A stretch of 64,000 nucleotides of DNA from Mobula hypostoma (lineage: Eukaryota): assembly GCF_963921235.1 (NCBI RefSeq), contig NC_086097.1, forward strand, positions 203,486,001-203,550,000. The letters run 5' to 3'. The notes below the pieces were generated by a model, which saw only the letters and a program-made list of their open reading frames with translations, was not told where the DNA came from and did not search any database. Positions 61,795 to 64,000 of the stretch are shown piece by piece. Every line of letters begins with the position of its first letter. Positions within the stretch are counted from its first letter, which is position 1. Both the position numbers and the translations under genes were made by a program.

Positions 61795-64000
61795 GTAGAG
61801 TTCCCCTGTGGCTCCCCCTTGACAATAAGTACTCCTGTTTGAGTACTGTTGGGGGGTGGGGGGAACAGCCTACCTGGGGGAAGCAACAGTGGCCATGCCT
61901 CTGGCACAGAGTCTGGCCTATGGCTCAGAAGGGTAGGGAAAGGAAGAAGGCAGCAGTAATAGGGGACTTTATAGTTAGGGGGTCAGACAGGCGATTCTGT
62001 GGACGCAGGAAAGAAACACTGATGGTAGTTTGCCTCCCAGGTGCCAGGGTCTGAGATGTTTCTCATTGCGTCCATGCTATCCTGAGGTGGGAAGGTGAAC
62101 AGCCAGAGGTCGTGGTACATATTGGTACCAACGACATAGGTAGGAAAAGGGAAGAGGTCCTGAAAACAGACTACAGGAGTTAGGAAGGACATTGAGAAAT
62201 AAGATCTGAAAGGTAGTAATCTCGGGATTACTGCCTGTGCCGCGCGACAGTGAGTATAGGAATAGAGTGAGGTGAGGATAAATGCATGTCTGAAGGATTG
62301 GAGCAGGGGGCAGAGATTCAGACTTCTGGATCATTGGGACCTCTTTTGGGGCGGGTATGACCTGTACAAAAAGGGCGGGTTGCACTTGAATCTGAGGGGG
62401 ACCAATATCCTGGCAGAGAGGTTTGTTAATGCTGTTGGGGTGAGCTTAAACTAGAATTGTTGGGGGGTGGGAACCAAACTGAAGAGATGGAGGAAGAGGC
62501 AGTTGGCTCACAAATAGAGAAAGCCTGGATACAGTGCGAGAGGGAGGATAGGCAGGTGATAGAGAAGGGATGCATTCAGACCGATGGTTTGGGATGTGTC
62601 TATTTTAATGCAAGAAGCATCATGAACAAAGCTGATGAGCTTAGAGGAAGATCAGTACTTGGAGATATGACGTTGTGGCCATTACAGAGACTAGGATTGC
62701 ACAGGGGCAGGAATGGTTACTTAGAGTGCCTGGCTATAGATGTTTCGGAAAGGACAAGGAGGAAGGCAAAAGAGGTAGGGGCATGGAACTGCTGATCAGA
62801 GATAGTGTCATGGCTGCAGGGATTGTCTACTGATTCTCTATGGGTGCAAGTTAGAAACAGGAAGGGGTCAATATCTCTACTGGGTGTTATTTTTAGACCA
62901 CCCAATAGTAACAGGAACAGATAGGAGCAGATAGGGAGACAGATTCTGGAAAGGGTAATAATAACAGGGTTGTTGTGCTGGGAGATTTTAATTCCCCAAA
63001 TATTGATTGGCATCTCCTGAGAGCAAGGGGTTTAGATGGGGTGGAGTTTGTTAGGTGTGTTCAGGAAGATTTCCTGACACAATATGTAGATAAGCCTACA
63101 AGAGGAGAGGCTGTACTTGATCTGGTATAGGGAAATGAACCTAGTCAGGTGTTAGGTTTCTCAGTGGCAGAGCATTTTGGAGATAGTGATCACAATTCTG
63201 TCTCCTTTACCATAGCTTTGGAGAGGGATAGGAACAGACAAGTTAGGAAAGTGTTTAATTGGAGTAAGGGGAAATATGAAGCTATCAGGCAGGAACTTGG
63301 AAGCATAAATTGGGAACAGATGTTCTCAGATAAATGTATGGCAGAAATATGGCAAATGTTCAGGGGATATTTGCGTGGCATTCTGCATAGGTACGTTTCA
63401 ATGAGACAGGGAAAGGATGGTAGGACACAGGAACCATGGTGTACAAATGCTGTAGAAAATCTAGTCAAGAAGAAAAAGAAAAGCTTAGAAAAGGTTCAAA
63501 AAACTGGATACTGATAGAGATCTGGAAGATTATAAGGCTAGCAGGAAGGAGTTTAAGAATGAAATTAGGAAAGCCAGAAGGGACCATGAGAATCCTTGGT
63601 GAACAGGATTAAAGAAAACCCCAAGGCATTCTACATGTATGTGAAGAGCAAGATGATAAGACATGAGAGAATAGGATCAATCAAATGTGATAGTGGAAAA
63701 GTGTGTATGGAACTGCAGGAGATAGCGAAGGTACAATGAATACTTTGCTTCAGTATTTACTACAGAAAAGGACCTGGCAATTGTAGGGATGACTTACAGT
63801 GGATTGAAAAGCTTGAGCATATAGACATTAAGAAAGAGGATGTGCTGGAGTTCTGGAAAGCATTAAGTTGGATAAGTCATCGGGACCAGATGAGATGTAC
63901 CCCAGGCTACTGTGGGAGGTGAGAGAGGAGATTGCTGAGCCTCTGGCAACAATCTTTGCATCATCATTGGGGATGGGAGAGGTTCCGGAGGATTGGAGGG
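61795..64000 (+). mobile_element. CR1 LINE including ORF1 (SGNH esterase-like) and the ORF2 APE region; runs off the window
   Basis: AVIGDFIVRG…VCLPGARV…VVHIGTND (ORF1); YFNARSIMNK, LGDFNSP, HFGDSDHNS (ORF2). Confidence 0.93.

Overview
This is vertebrate DNA dominated by repeats. The repeat landscape suggests a cartilaginous fish, probably a ray (inference): many CR1 and Rex1/Babar LINE fragments, Penelope-like elements (PLEs), a V-SINE/HE1-like SINE, and hAT-Charlie and Tc1 MITEs. No intact host gene is visible. Reading the repeat-free gaps on the minus strand shows about 20 splice-bounded, largely phase-compatible, protein-like exons from ~60.4 kb down to ~1.8 kb. They carry many in-frame stops, and some are split by TE insertions, so this is most likely a large decayed (unitary) pseudogene of a protein I cannot name. 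The second theme is catalytic-RNA motifs inside retroelements: an intact minimal hammerhead core in a PLE terminal repeat (plus decayed copies in short fold-back PLE insertions with 13-16 bp TSDs), a second hammerhead-bearing family, and an HDV-like fold at the 5' end of an RTE-5'UTR-like element. There is also a near-full-length Rex1/Babar LINE, a Gypsy-type solo LTR and several nested insertions. TE boundaries without a TSD are approximate.
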